A stretch of 63,449 bases of DNA, filler included, from Gemmatimonadota bacterium (GTDB taxonomy: Bacteria; 4572-55; J002): the NCBI GenBank assembly GCA_003697105.1. It is 7 parts of 7 records of this genome, joined end to end, with 100 filler letters (N's around TTAATTAATTAA, not from the genome) between each part and the next. Parts side by side here need not be neighbours in the genome. Positions count along the whole stretch, not along the records: positions 11,320 to 20,419 come from RFFQ01000157.1; positions 20,520 to 29,280 come from RFFQ01000158.1; positions 29,381 to 38,325 come from RFFQ01000161.1; 4 more parts are not named here. One strand, written 5' to 3'. Within the stretch, counting starts at the first letter, position 1, and the number at the start of each line of letters is the position of its first letter. Under the pieces are notes generated by a model. The model had not been told where the DNA came from and ran no database searches. It worked only from the letters and a program-made list of their open reading frames with translations. Below are positions 19,502 through 30,375 of this stretch, in pieces. The position numbers were made by a program, and so were the translations under genes.

Positions 19502-20086
19502 CTAGGTTCCCAATTGGTAATACGTTCGATACGTTCGTAGCCGGTATTCCCGCAGGTTGTGTCTGCCTTGCCATTCCACGACTACTTCAATTTCCAGCGG
19601 CGGGATGGTGCCATCTTCGGGGCAGGGACCTAAGGGGTCGCCATGTCTCACGTGGGCTGGTAGGGCGTTCCGGCTGACGGAGAGGGTCAACCGTTTTTCC
19701 CCGTTATGTCCCGGTGGCTCATGGCAAATCGTGATCTTTTTGCCATCATTTTCAAACGGTCCCCCTTGGATCGTCCAGTGGCGCACGTATGGCACCGGAT
19801 CGGTTTCTGGATTGCCATCTTCATCGATATAAACCGTATCCTGATGGGCGCCATGGTCTAAGAGGCAGTGTTCCTGAAGCAGGCGTTCACCGGTGAACGG
19901 TTCCGTTTTGAGCTTTTCCATCAAGTCACTGGCCAGGTACGTTGCCCGGCTCTGGCGGGCGGCAAAATCGATCTCGGAGTAACTATTGGTGAACATACTC
20001 AAGAGCATAATTAGAGCAAAAGAAAGCAATGAAGCGGCAATCACAACTTCAACCAAGCTGAATCCATTTTGTTTTTGCGGTTTCAT
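19502..20086 (-). CDS. Second PilV-like minor pilin with inserted Cys/His mini-domain
   Basis: QNG|FSLVEVVIA; ATYLASDLMEKLK; GGAGG RBS. Confidence 0.85.
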   Translation of the reverse strand: MKPQKQNGFSLVEVVIAASLLSFALIMLLSMFTNSYSEIDFAARQSRATYLASDLMEKLKTEPFTGERLLQEHCLLDHGAHQDTVYIDEDGNPETDPVPYVRHWTIQGGPFENDGKKITICHEPPGHNGEKRLTLSVSRNALPAHVRHGDPLGPCPEDGTIPPLEIEVVVEWQGRHNLREYRLRTYRTYYQLGT

Positions 20087-20147
20087 GAAGCCTCCATAGT
20101 ATTGAATATTATCGGGTATATCTGTTAGCGGGCTTGTGTTTTTTAAT

Positions 20148-20163
20148 AGCTAAAAGTATGCCT
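20148..20163 (-). promoter_or_regulatory. Putative sigma54 (-24/-12) promoter of the pilin operon
   Basis: Minus strand AGGCATACTTTTAGCT has GG-N10-GC spacing about 60 nt upstream of the first pilin gene. Confidence 0.4.
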
Positions 20164-20520
20164 AAATATATAACATTAAAAAAACCAGTATGTTACAGTA
20201 AAACATACTGGTTTTAAAAATGGTTTTGGTGGTTTTTATACACCGTTCTGCTATTGGTCGTTTTTATGATTTTGCTATTTTCAGGTAACTCCTTTTTAAT
20301 CAGTCTGTTACGTTGGTGTCATTTGACGCCATATTTTTTACACCACGGTTTCTATGATTTTTCAACGGGATGGATTGGATTCAGGTTGTATTTTTGTACT
20401 TTTTGCCAGAAATTTTTCCNNNNNNNNNNNNNNNNNNNNNNNNNNNNNNNNNNNNNNNNNNNNTTAATTAATTAANNNNNNNNNNNNNNNNNNNNNNNNN
20501 NNNNNNNNNNNNNNNNNNNA

Positions 20521-21318
20521 ACCCTCACCATTACCAGCGATGACGATGATGAAAGCACGGTGACGATCCCCCTCACCGGCGTGGCGATCCCGCTCATCCC
20601 AGAGATTGAGGTCAGCCCGCTAATGGGTAACTTTGGAACGATTTTTGTGGATGAAACCTCCACGGTGACGTTTACCCTAAGCAATTTAGGCAACACACCA
20701 TTGCATGTCGGTGGGCAGGTGATTAGCGGCACCAATGCCGATGAATTTTCAATTATCGATGGTGCGGGTTCGGTAGTCATAGAGGCTGGTGAACAGCACG
20801 TCACCACAGTTCAATTTGCGCCGGTAAGTGCCGGTAGTAAACTGGCAACATTGACCATTAGCAGTGACGATCCGGATAATCCAACGGTAGATATTATTTT
20901 GATAGGTACTGGAGTGCAGTTGATTGTCGATGATCAGGTTCACATCCAACCGGCAAATTGGGATTTTGGACAGGTATTAGTTGGCGGATCCGCGGTCTCA
21001 GCATTTGCCGTAACGAATACCGGCACAGAGCCGGTAACCATTTTGAGCCAATCGTTTGTGGGCAGTCAGGCGAATCAATTTAGCGTACTCAATGGGGGGT
21101 CATTTTCGTTGGATCCGGGTGAGCTACGCTTGATAACCGTTCAATTTTCACCGCTGAGTGTGGGGACAAAAACGGCAACCCTATTGGTGACAACGACTGA
21201 CGGTTCTTCGGCAACGGCATTTTTGCAGGGTACGGGACAAAATCCATTTGATGTGAACGGTGATGGTCAAGTTGATATTGATGATGTGCAAAGTGTGATT
21301 CAGCATTGGAGCGAGTGA
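20521..21318 (+). CDS. 3' part of a secreted protein with tandem ASH/choice-of-anchor D Ig-like domains and a short dockerin-like tail
   Basis: Repeats of FG.V.VG...F.VTNTG...VQF.P.S.G.K.ATL; ends FDVNGDGQVDIDDV; open from contig start. Confidence 0.75.
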   Translation, partial: TLTITSDDDDESTVTIPLTGVAIPLIPEIEVSPLMGNFGTIFVDETSTVTFTLSNLGNTPLHVGGQVISGTNADEFSIIDGAGSVVIEAGEQHVTTVQFAPVSAGSKLATLTISSDDPDNPTVDIILIGTGVQLIVDDQVHIQPANWDFGQVLVGGSAVSAFAVTNTGTEPVTILSQSFVGSQANQFSVLNGGSFSLDPGELRLITVQFSPLSVGTKTATLLVTTTDGSSATAFLQGTGQNPFDVNGDGQVDIDDVQSVIQHWSE

Positions 21319-21339
21319 TACGGAGGAACATAAACCGGT

Positions 21340-21371
21340 AAACCCGTAGGGTATTAATACCCTACGGGTTT
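21340..21371. terminator. Hairpin/terminator between convergent genes
   Basis: AAACCCGTAGGGTATT-AATACCCTACGGGTTT followed by a T-rich tract. Confidence 0.7.
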
Positions 21372-21449
21372 TATTTTTTATTAACCATCCAGATATGTTT
21401 TCGCGTGGATTAGATAACGTGCCAAGTGACCTATTGGCTGGAAGTCTCA

Positions 21450-22508
21450 TCACTCCAGAATTGCGGGAAATACAAATTGATTGAGAATCCGTTGCATCTG
21501 AGCAAATTCGCCCTCCTTCTGGCGGGCGGTAGAGACGATTACCATTTGGTAGCACGGTACGATGATGATAAATTGACCCTGATAGCCATGCGCATACGGC
21601 ATCAGTGTATCTTCCCGCGTGGCATCAAACGGAAATAACCACCAGTGATAACCGTAACAGCGCCCATCCTCAAGGCAATGATACGGTTGGAATGACGCCT
21701 TCAACCATGCTTCCGGCAAAATACGAACACCTTGCCACACGCCCCCGTTTAGCACCAATTGCCCGATAACCGCCATATCGCGCGGGCGCAGATTCAGACC
21801 CCAAGCGGCGTTGTTGATCTCGTGCGGTCCCATCTCCCAGGCGAATGTAGTAATCCCCAGCGGGGTAAACAACCGCTGTTGGGCATAATCTGCCGCACAT
21901 TGTCCGGTTAGATAGTGGAGGACTCCTGCTAAAAGCATCGAATTGCCGCTGTTGTAGGTAAAGACCTGCCCCGGCTCGTCGGAGACCGGCAAATTCAGGG
22001 TAAATTGCACCCAATCCTCACTATTGATCAAGCGCATAATGGGGTTATGGGGCGTGCCGTAATCCGCGGTCCATTCGTCCCATTGGAAACCGGCTGACAT
22101 GGTCAGTACATTTTGTAGCGTGATTTTGGATTTCCAACGGTTCAAATTCCCAATGGCATGTTCCGAAGGAAGTAAGTCCAACAGCGGTTGATCCAGAGAT
22201 TCCAGTAACCCTTCCGCCTGAGCAATGCCGGCTAACAGAGCGGTGATGCTTTTGGTGACCGAATACACAATATGCAGGTCATCTGCGGTAAACCCATGAA
22301 AATATTGCTCATATACTAAATCGCCGTGGTGGACGATCAACAAGCTATGGATTTCACCAAAATCACCTTGATCGAGTTTAGTAGTCAACTGGTTGAGGAT
22401 TTCAGGATCAAGCTGGTGGCGGGTTGGAGAAATGAGTTGCCAATCTGCGGCAAAAAGAGGGTTCGCAAAAATAAAAATCAGAAAAATAGCATATCGAAGT
22501 GGGTTCAT
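21450..22508 (-). CDS. Secreted serine hydrolase, beta-lactamase/AmpC-like superfamily
   Basis: SVTK nucleophile motif, FTYNSG, AHGYQGQ, signal peptide. Confidence 0.88.
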   Translation of the reverse strand: MNPLRYAIFLIFIFANPLFAADWQLISPTRHQLDPEILNQLTTKLDQGDFGEIHSLLIVHHGDLVYEQYFHGFTADDLHIVYSVTKSITALLAGIAQAEGLLESLDQPLLDLLPSEHAIGNLNRWKSKITLQNVLTMSAGFQWDEWTADYGTPHNPIMRLINSEDWVQFTLNLPVSDEPGQVFTYNSGNSMLLAGVLHYLTGQCAADYAQQRLFTPLGITTFAWEMGPHEINNAAWGLNLRPRDMAVIGQLVLNGGVWQGVRILPEAWLKASFQPYHCLEDGRCYGYHWWLFPFDATREDTLMPYAHGYQGQFIIIVPCYQMVIVSTARQKEGEFAQMQRILNQFVFPAILE

Positions 22509-22534
22509 GCGCAGAAGGTCAATCTACGGTGGGG

Positions 22535-24526
<1,992 letters not shown>

Positions 24527-24554
24527 TTACACATACTGAATTGAGGGTGAATCT

Positions 24555-25679
24555 TTAACGGGTCAACAAGGTGATGTCATCCCCATTGCGATATAGGGAC
24601 GGCAGAAGATAGACATCTCCCTTCTGCCGGAGGTGGTCCAAAAGGTGATTGATGGTCAATCCCTGTGTTAGCTGCTGGTAAAAGGCTTCAAAAAATGTCA
24701 TCTTGGCGGAATTTCGTAGCGCATAAGGTATGGCAATGACGGCGGGGACACCGGCACTGATCAACCGTGAACCAATGCAACCAAACGGTTCATTGACGGG
24801 TTCAACCCGTTGGGGAGTTGTGAGGATCGTCAATGCCACTCGGTGGCGGTAGAGCATTTGCCCCAGCAATTTTGCCGAAAGCCGGTGACTAGAACCATCG
24901 CGTTTTTCCAGCACAACATACGCCATCCGTACCGGATCGATCACCATGCCTTTAAGAATTTGGTCGCGGTAGGCATGGTACGGATGATGATTTTCAATAA
25001 TGCTACCTTCCCGATCATCCCGGTCATAATAGCCCGGACCATCAAAATGAAAAATGTCAACCGCGGGTAAATTCCGGTTATCCAGCCGGTCAACCAGTGC
25101 CTCAAACGTAGGGGATTCCAATATTTCCACCGTAAGACCCGGTCGTGAAAGAGTCTCCTTAAAAGTAGTCAGATTGAGCGGCATTTCTGGATACGGTACA
25201 TCGTGGGGACGGCTCATCATTACCAGCACATGGCGAGTTGAGCGGCGGGGAATATAAAATGCTTTTTGGTCGGGGGTAAGACCTACGTAGGCCCGCTGGA
25301 TCGAAATCGGGGGAGTTTGTTGGGCTAAAAACGTATCATTTGCCGTTAGATCGGTCAAGAGTTCCCAAGGCAAGCTTAAAATTTCCGGGTGATCGGAAGC
25401 AATTATCAGCCGGCGGTCTTCGGTTGGGGTTTTAAGAAAGTGTAAAAAGAGGTCGTGGGCGGTGGATTCCAAAAAAACGGACTGAGCTAAACGGGTGCCC
25501 CACTGGACAAGTTGGTTGGTATCAAACGGAGGGGATGCCGTGAAAAATTGGTACATCGCCCGTTTTTCGTCCACAGGAAAGGGGTCGGTAAATCCTAAAC
25601 TCACCGGGGATTGGTGGGAACCAGCACGGAGAATAACCTGCGTGGGTTCAGGAAACGTTAATCGGAATTCCAAACTCAT
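24555..25679 (-). CDS. Stand-alone CHAT (caspase-like) domain protein, apparently catalytically inactive
   Basis: ILSLPWELL, VLVMMSRP, PTFEAL, GVPAVIAI, FFEAFYQQL; HFDGHG motif reads HFDGPG and the LNAC motif reads LTTP. Confidence 0.75.
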   Translation of the reverse strand: MSLEFRLTFPEPTQVILRAGSHQSPVSLGFTDPFPVDEKRAMYQFFTASPPFDTNQLVQWGTRLAQSVFLESTAHDLFLHFLKTPTEDRRLIIASDHPEILSLPWELLTDLTANDTFLAQQTPPISIQRAYVGLTPDQKAFYIPRRSTRHVLVMMSRPHDVPYPEMPLNLTTFKETLSRPGLTVEILESPTFEALVDRLDNRNLPAVDIFHFDGPGYYDRDDREGSIIENHHPYHAYRDQILKGMVIDPVRMAYVVLEKRDGSSHRLSAKLLGQMLYRHRVALTILTTPQRVEPVNEPFGCIGSRLISAGVPAVIAIPYALRNSAKMTFFEAFYQQLTQGLTINHLLDHLRQKGDVYLLPSLYRNGDDITLLTR

Positions 25680-25691
25680 AATGACTCCACG

Positions 25692-26609
25692 TTAGATGGC
25701 GATAATTTTTGCCACGTGTTCATCTAATTTGGTCATGGACATTCCCCCGGTGGATTCCATACCCAGTACCCGTTGTTGGTAATATTTGGATTTTGCAAAA
25801 AGTTGTAGGGCTTTGACTCGCTTGGGTAGAAATGGGTGTGTTTGTGTCAGTTCGGCAAATTTACCGATGGTTCCGCGCAGTTCGTCCAACTGTTTCAGAT
25901 ACTCATCCACATTGACCTGCTCATATAAATTTTGCGAACCCAATGCTAATTTGACTAAAGTACGCGTTGCGATAGTCTCATCTTGAGCGCAAATAAGACC
26001 GGCACGATCAGCGGTAATTTCAGACTTCCGGATCCAGTCCAGTAACATCATGCGTAGGGGTTGCGCCAACCACGCTATCAGCATTGCCGCTCCAGAAGCA
26101 AGAAACTGTGCGACGGTATGATACAGGACATGCCCGTTAGCAATATGCCCGCACTCATGTCCAATGACGCTTTTAAGCTCTTCCCGGCTGAGATGATCCA
26201 CCGTTGCCGAATGGATGATGATGATCGAATCATCTTCCAACCCCAACGTCATGGCATTTAGATACGGGTTTTGAATGACATACATGGGGGGCAGTACCAG
26301 ATGCAGTTCTTCGGCACATTCCATCCCGATTTGGTACAAATTAGAGAATTGCCGGGGAGTCACCTTTACGGCGTGTCCGAGAAGTTCCCCGCGCCAACTC
26401 TCCTTCCAGAAGCGAACGAGGGCGGAAATCGTAAGATTCAGGGGCTTAAGCCGTTGGAGGGTACGGAGGGCATCTTGATCAGGGCGGTACACATAGTCAC
26501 CGGAGGGCGCATCCTGCTGCTTCTGATGGCGATACGTCGAAAAGTCATCCGGTGTGCCGGTATTCGCTTTCATTTCTCGAACATAATTATTGAAGCTGAG
26601 ATCAACCAT
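25692..26609 (-). CDS. M48 family zinc metallopeptidase
   Basis: VIGHECGH, SEITADRAG, THP..KRV. Confidence 0.9.
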   Translation of the reverse strand: MVDLSFNNYVREMKANTGTPDDFSTYRHQKQQDAPSGDYVYRPDQDALRTLQRLKPLNLTISALVRFWKESWRGELLGHAVKVTPRQFSNLYQIGMECAEELHLVLPPMYVIQNPYLNAMTLGLEDDSIIIIHSATVDHLSREELKSVIGHECGHIANGHVLYHTVAQFLASGAAMLIAWLAQPLRMMLLDWIRKSEITADRAGLICAQDETIATRTLVKLALGSQNLYEQVNVDEYLKQLDELRGTIGKFAELTQTHPFLPKRVKALQLFAKSKYYQQRVLGMESTGGMSMTKLDEHVAKIIAI

Positions 26610-26680
26610 AACACCAACCCCTGCTAATATAGAAAAATCCCACTGGTCTTCGTGGGATTTTGCATTTCTTGGAATTAGGA

Positions 26681-26757
<77 letters not shown>

Positions 26758-26872
26758 ACCACGCAATAAGTGGAGCAGAATCTACAGTGATTTTAGCATT
26801 TTGTCAACAGAAAAAACAGGGGTAAAACCTCTTCGCCGTCCGGTCGGGGGGGGGGGGAGAATTAAAGTTTTC

Positions 26873-26901
26873 TTGACTTTCTCCAAAATGCCCGCTATAC
26901 T
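26873..26901 (+). promoter_or_regulatory. sigma70 promoter of the PilB-like gene
   Basis: TTGACT-N17-TATACT; the divergent tRNA promoter TTGACA-N17-TAGATT lies at about 26779-26807 on the minus strand. Confidence 0.65.
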
Positions 26902-26954
26902 CTAAATTATTCGCTATTTTCATGGTTACATTAGTTGGGGAAAGGACAGCGCTG

Positions 26955-29063
26955 ATGGCTTCGACACAAGGACGTTTAGGGAGTCAACTGATCCAGCAAG
27001 GCTTGATCACGGAAGAGCAACTCTCCAAAGCATTGCTCACCCAAAAAGCATTGGGCATTCAACGGGGAGTTGTCAAACCTCTCGGTGAAATTTTGATTGA
27101 CCTACAGCTGGTCACCGAGGCAGATTTGCTCACAGTCTTAGGCGCACAATTAAATGTCCCCTATATCGATGTGGACAAATATGATATCGATATAGAGACC
27201 CTAGCGACCGTGCCTGAAAAAATCGCCCGCGAAAAAAAGGTGATCCCCATTTCGCGGATTGAGTCCACCTTGACATTGGCAATGGCAACCCCATCGGATT
27301 TATCAACCATTGATGAAATCGAATTTTTGTCGGGATGCGAAGTGATTCCAGTACTGGGAAGTCGTCATTCGATTATGCGGGCAATTGAGCGTTCCTACCC
27401 ACGATTGGCTGAAATGAAATCCAAACAAGCCGCAATGCCTAAACCCCAAACCACTGACCGGCGAAAGAAAAAACCCTCGGCGAAAGAATCCGGCGAACCT
27501 GCACCCTTTGAAGGGTTGAGCGATGAAGACCTTGGCTTTGGCACCGGCAAACCCGTTTCGGCAGAAGCCCGCAGCCAACTTGATCTTGATGGAAGTTACC
27601 AAAAAAGCCTAAAAGCCCGGCAACAAGAAGAAGATAAACGAGATTACACCGCGGACGTGGATGACTTTCTCGATTCGATTCAGGGAGATCAAGATGAAGG
27701 TGTTCCTGAAAACTACGAATATGTCTCCCTAGACCAAATTTTTGATAACGTACCGGCATCATCCCAAATGGGCGCGGCCAGCACCCCTTCAGAAGAAGAC
27801 AACAGTATCAATGTCGGCACAGTCCGGGTGGAAGATGAACCGGTGCACGGCTTTCCGGACAATGATGATATTGCACCCCCACCGCCACAAACAGCTCACA
27901 CTCCCCGTTCCGTTGAAATCGCCTCCGATGACTCTGTTATCCATGATCTGATTAAAGAAGCATTGGAGAAACGCGCTTCCCTGATTTATCTGGAATTTGA
28001 CAGCCACGGCTCGTGGGTGCGTTATCGAATTGGGAGTCAGATAATAGAAGCCTCCATGTTGGATAGCGATACATCAAATTCCATAATGGTTACCTTAAAA
28101 CGACTGGGTAAGATCGACCTTTACGAGACGCGAAAACCACAAAGTGGAATTGGTATTGTGGAAATTGACGGAAATCGCCTGCAATTGCTCATCGGTTCCA
28201 TGCCAACCATCACTGGCGAGAGTATGATGGTGCGGATTTTGGGTCAAAAGGAACATACGAGCCTGACACAACTCGGCATGAATTCCAAAGTGTTACAGCA
28301 GTTGCGCCATGTACTCCACCAACCCTACGGTACCATCCTCTTAGTCGGACCCGCTGGCAGTGGCAAAACCGCCACCACTTATGGTATAATTAGTGAATTT
28401 GATCACGCGAAGAAAAAGATTGTGGACATCCAAACAACCATTGATCGCTACATCCCAACCATCAATCAGGTGCAAGTCTTTCCGAATGAAGGGATTTCCT
28501 ATGCCTCTGTGCTCCAATCGGTGGCACACCACCAGCCGGATGTGGTTGTTTTGGGGGAAATGGCAGATTTGGAAACTACAGAAGCCATTTTGCGGATCGG
28601 ACTTAGCTCCGTTGTGGTTACACCGTACATCTCTACCGCCGCGTACCAAGCCATCAATGGGCTGAAAAGTATCGGTTTAGATGCCATGCTGTTGGGCACC
28701 TCCTTACGCGGGATTTTAAATCAGCGCCTCGTTCGTAAAATATGCCAAAAATGCAAGACCGGCTATAAACCCCCTGACGATATTGCCGAAAAAATCAAAG
28801 CCAGTGTGCGAATTAAAGAAGTGATCTTTTACAAAGGAAAAGGGTGCGAAACGTGCCAACAAAGTGGATTCGAGGGTGAGTTGATGATTTACGAATTTGC
28901 TCCGGTCACCACGGAATTGCGTACCCGCATCCTGACAAACACCCTGCCGGAATTACTGGAAAAAGCCATTGCAAATGCCCGTATCCGTAGCCTGAAACAA
29001 GATGCACTCGAAAAAGTATTGAAGGGATTAACCACCTTTGAAGAAATGACCCGAGTGATTTGA
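26955..29063 (+). CDS. GspE/PilB family ATPase with N-terminal MshEN domain (degenerate Asp/His boxes)
   Basis: RLGSQLIQQGLITEEQL..AL..Q; Walker A GPAGSGKT; PDVVVLGEM; QRLVRKICQKC...GCETC. Confidence 0.88.
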   Translation: MASTQGRLGSQLIQQGLITEEQLSKALLTQKALGIQRGVVKPLGEILIDLQLVTEADLLTVLGAQLNVPYIDVDKYDIDIETLATVPEKIAREKKVIPISRIESTLTLAMATPSDLSTIDEIEFLSGCEVIPVLGSRHSIMRAIERSYPRLAEMKSKQAAMPKPQTTDRRKKKPSAKESGEPAPFEGLSDEDLGFGTGKPVSAEARSQLDLDGSYQKSLKARQQEEDKRDYTADVDDFLDSIQGDQDEGVPENYEYVSLDQIFDNVPASSQMGAASTPSEEDNSINVGTVRVEDEPVHGFPDNDDIAPPPPQTAHTPRSVEIASDDSVIHDLIKEALEKRASLIYLEFDSHGSWVRYRIGSQIIEASMLDSDTSNSIMVTLKRLGKIDLYETRKPQSGIGIVEIDGNRLQLLIGSMPTITGESMMVRILGQKEHTSLTQLGMNSKVLQQLRHVLHQPYGTILLVGPAGSGKTATTYGIISEFDHAKKKIVDIQTTIDRYIPTINQVQVFPNEGISYASVLQSVAHHQPDVVVLGEMADLETTEAILRIGLSSVVVTPYISTAAYQAINGLKSIGLDAMLLGTSLRGILNQRLVRKICQKCKTGYKPPDDIAEKIKASVRIKEVIFYKGKGCETCQQSGFEGELMIYEFAPVTTELRTRILTNTLPELLEKAIANARIRSLKQDALEKVLKGLTTFEEMTRVI

Positions 29064-29137
29064 GTTTGATAAGTTTGGGAGTTTTACGAGTTTGGGAGTT
29101 CGAGCCATTCGTAAATGCGAAACCCCCACCATAATGC

Positions 29138-29280
29138 GGATTCGGTAGGATACCCCCCGTAGAGACGTTGCAGTGCAACGTCTCTACGGATATCGCCCAT
29201 CACCATCCCCAAAAATTTTGCCAGCGCCTCCAAACCGCGTGGAAAACCGGCACGCTTATCTGGATTCGGTAGGATACCCC
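29138..29280. repeat. REP-type palindrome cluster at contig end
   Basis: GTAGAGACGTTGCAGTGCAACGTCTCTAC at 29159-29187; preceding GGATTCGGTAGGATACCCC (29138-29156) repeats at 29262-29280. Confidence 0.7.
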
Positions 29281-29380
29281 NNNNNNNNNNNNNNNNNNNN
29301 NNNNNNNNNNNNNNNNNNNNNNNNTTAATTAATTAANNNNNNNNNNNNNNNNNNNNNNNNNNNNNNNNNNNNNNNNNNNN

Positions 29381-29479
29381 CCTCTTGCTAATTTGGTTAG
29401 TATGAAAAGGGTTATCCCATTATTTAACACAAAAATACCGACCTAAAAAGAAAATTCTCACAGGTCAGGTGATAAGACA
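29381..29479 (-). mobile_element. End of a multicopy insertion sequence
   Basis: 29383-29479 is identical to 56377-56473; both are contig starts; reverse strand begins TGTCTTATCACC and ends in an RBS-like AGAGG. Confidence 0.75.
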
Positions 29480-29483
29480 CACT

Positions 29484-29517
29484 ATGAGCCATTGGGAGGC
29501 ATTCACCAATGGCTCAT
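29484..29517 (-). terminator. Hairpin downstream of the PhzF gene
   Basis: ATGAGCCATTGG-N10-CCAATGGCTCAT. Confidence 0.6.
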
Positions 29518-29522
29518 TTAAC

Positions 29523-30317
29523 TCAAAACCGGTTGATTACTCTTTCAGCATACAGCCGGGCATAGCCACTTAATTTAACCCGTTTTCCGGCGTTTTCACA
29601 CCATATTTCCCCTCCGCGTGCAGAAAGCTGGCGAGCGTACAACTTGTGGTTCCGAAAACGCTTTGCCCAATATGGGGTCAAGATGCAATGTGCCGATCCG
29701 GTAACCGCATCTTCTTTGTACCGTTCTTGGGGCAAAAAGTAGCGCGAGACAAAATCAGCCGTATCTCCCGGTGCCGTGACAATCACATTTGCCGGGTCGA
29801 TCCGGCGTAAAATATCAAAATTCGGGACTAATTGGCGAACCTCGGCTTCAGTATCAAATATTGCGAGATAGGTGCCGGTGGTCGCTTGCCAAATCTGGCG
29901 GGGAATATCGCCTAAACCGGTAATAAGTGCCCCGGGAAAGGTCTCGCACTCCCGTGCCGGAATCGCCGGTAGATGGATCATCACCCGCCCATCGTCCGTT
30001 CGAGATGCCATAATGACGTCTCCGGCGGTGCTTTTAAATTTGAGTACCACCTCTGCCGGCTGGCGTTGGAACATCACGTGTGCCACTGCCAGCGTACCAT
30101 GCCCGCACAAAAAAATCTCTTTGAGCGGGCTAAACCAACGAATTTCCACAGCCTCAGCGGTTTGAACCGCAAAGACCGTCACCGGTAGATAATGCTCTGC
30201 CGCCATCTGTTGCAATAGAGATTCCGGTAACCACGTTTCAAGCAGACAAACGCCCGCCGGATTCCCCGCAAATACCTTTGAAGTAAATGTATCAATGTGA
30301 TAAAATGGTATCGTCAT
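29523..30317 (-). CDS. PhzF family isomerase/epimerase-like protein
   Basis: IDTFTSKVFAGNPAGV, EIFLCGHGTLA, EDAVTGSAHC. Confidence 0.9.
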   Translation of the reverse strand: MTIPFYHIDTFTSKVFAGNPAGVCLLETWLPESLLQQMAAEHYLPVTVFAVQTAEAVEIRWFSPLKEIFLCGHGTLAVAHVMFQRQPAEVVLKFKSTAGDVIMASRTDDGRVMIHLPAIPARECETFPGALITGLGDIPRQIWQATTGTYLAIFDTEAEVRQLVPNFDILRRIDPANVIVTAPGDTADFVSRYFLPQERYKEDAVTGSAHCILTPYWAKRFRNHKLYARQLSARGGEIWCENAGKRVKLSGYARLYAERVINRF

Positions 30318-30375
30318 GGCGTTGTGATTGATGGTGTCTGGTTGGCGGTACGTCTCGAAACGAATTTTCGCTACA

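Noticed and set aside
21450-22508. Possible antibiotic-resistance beta-lactamase
   Set aside because: Motifs fit the broad serine hydrolase/esterase-amidase group; nothing specifically indicates beta-lactam hydrolysis
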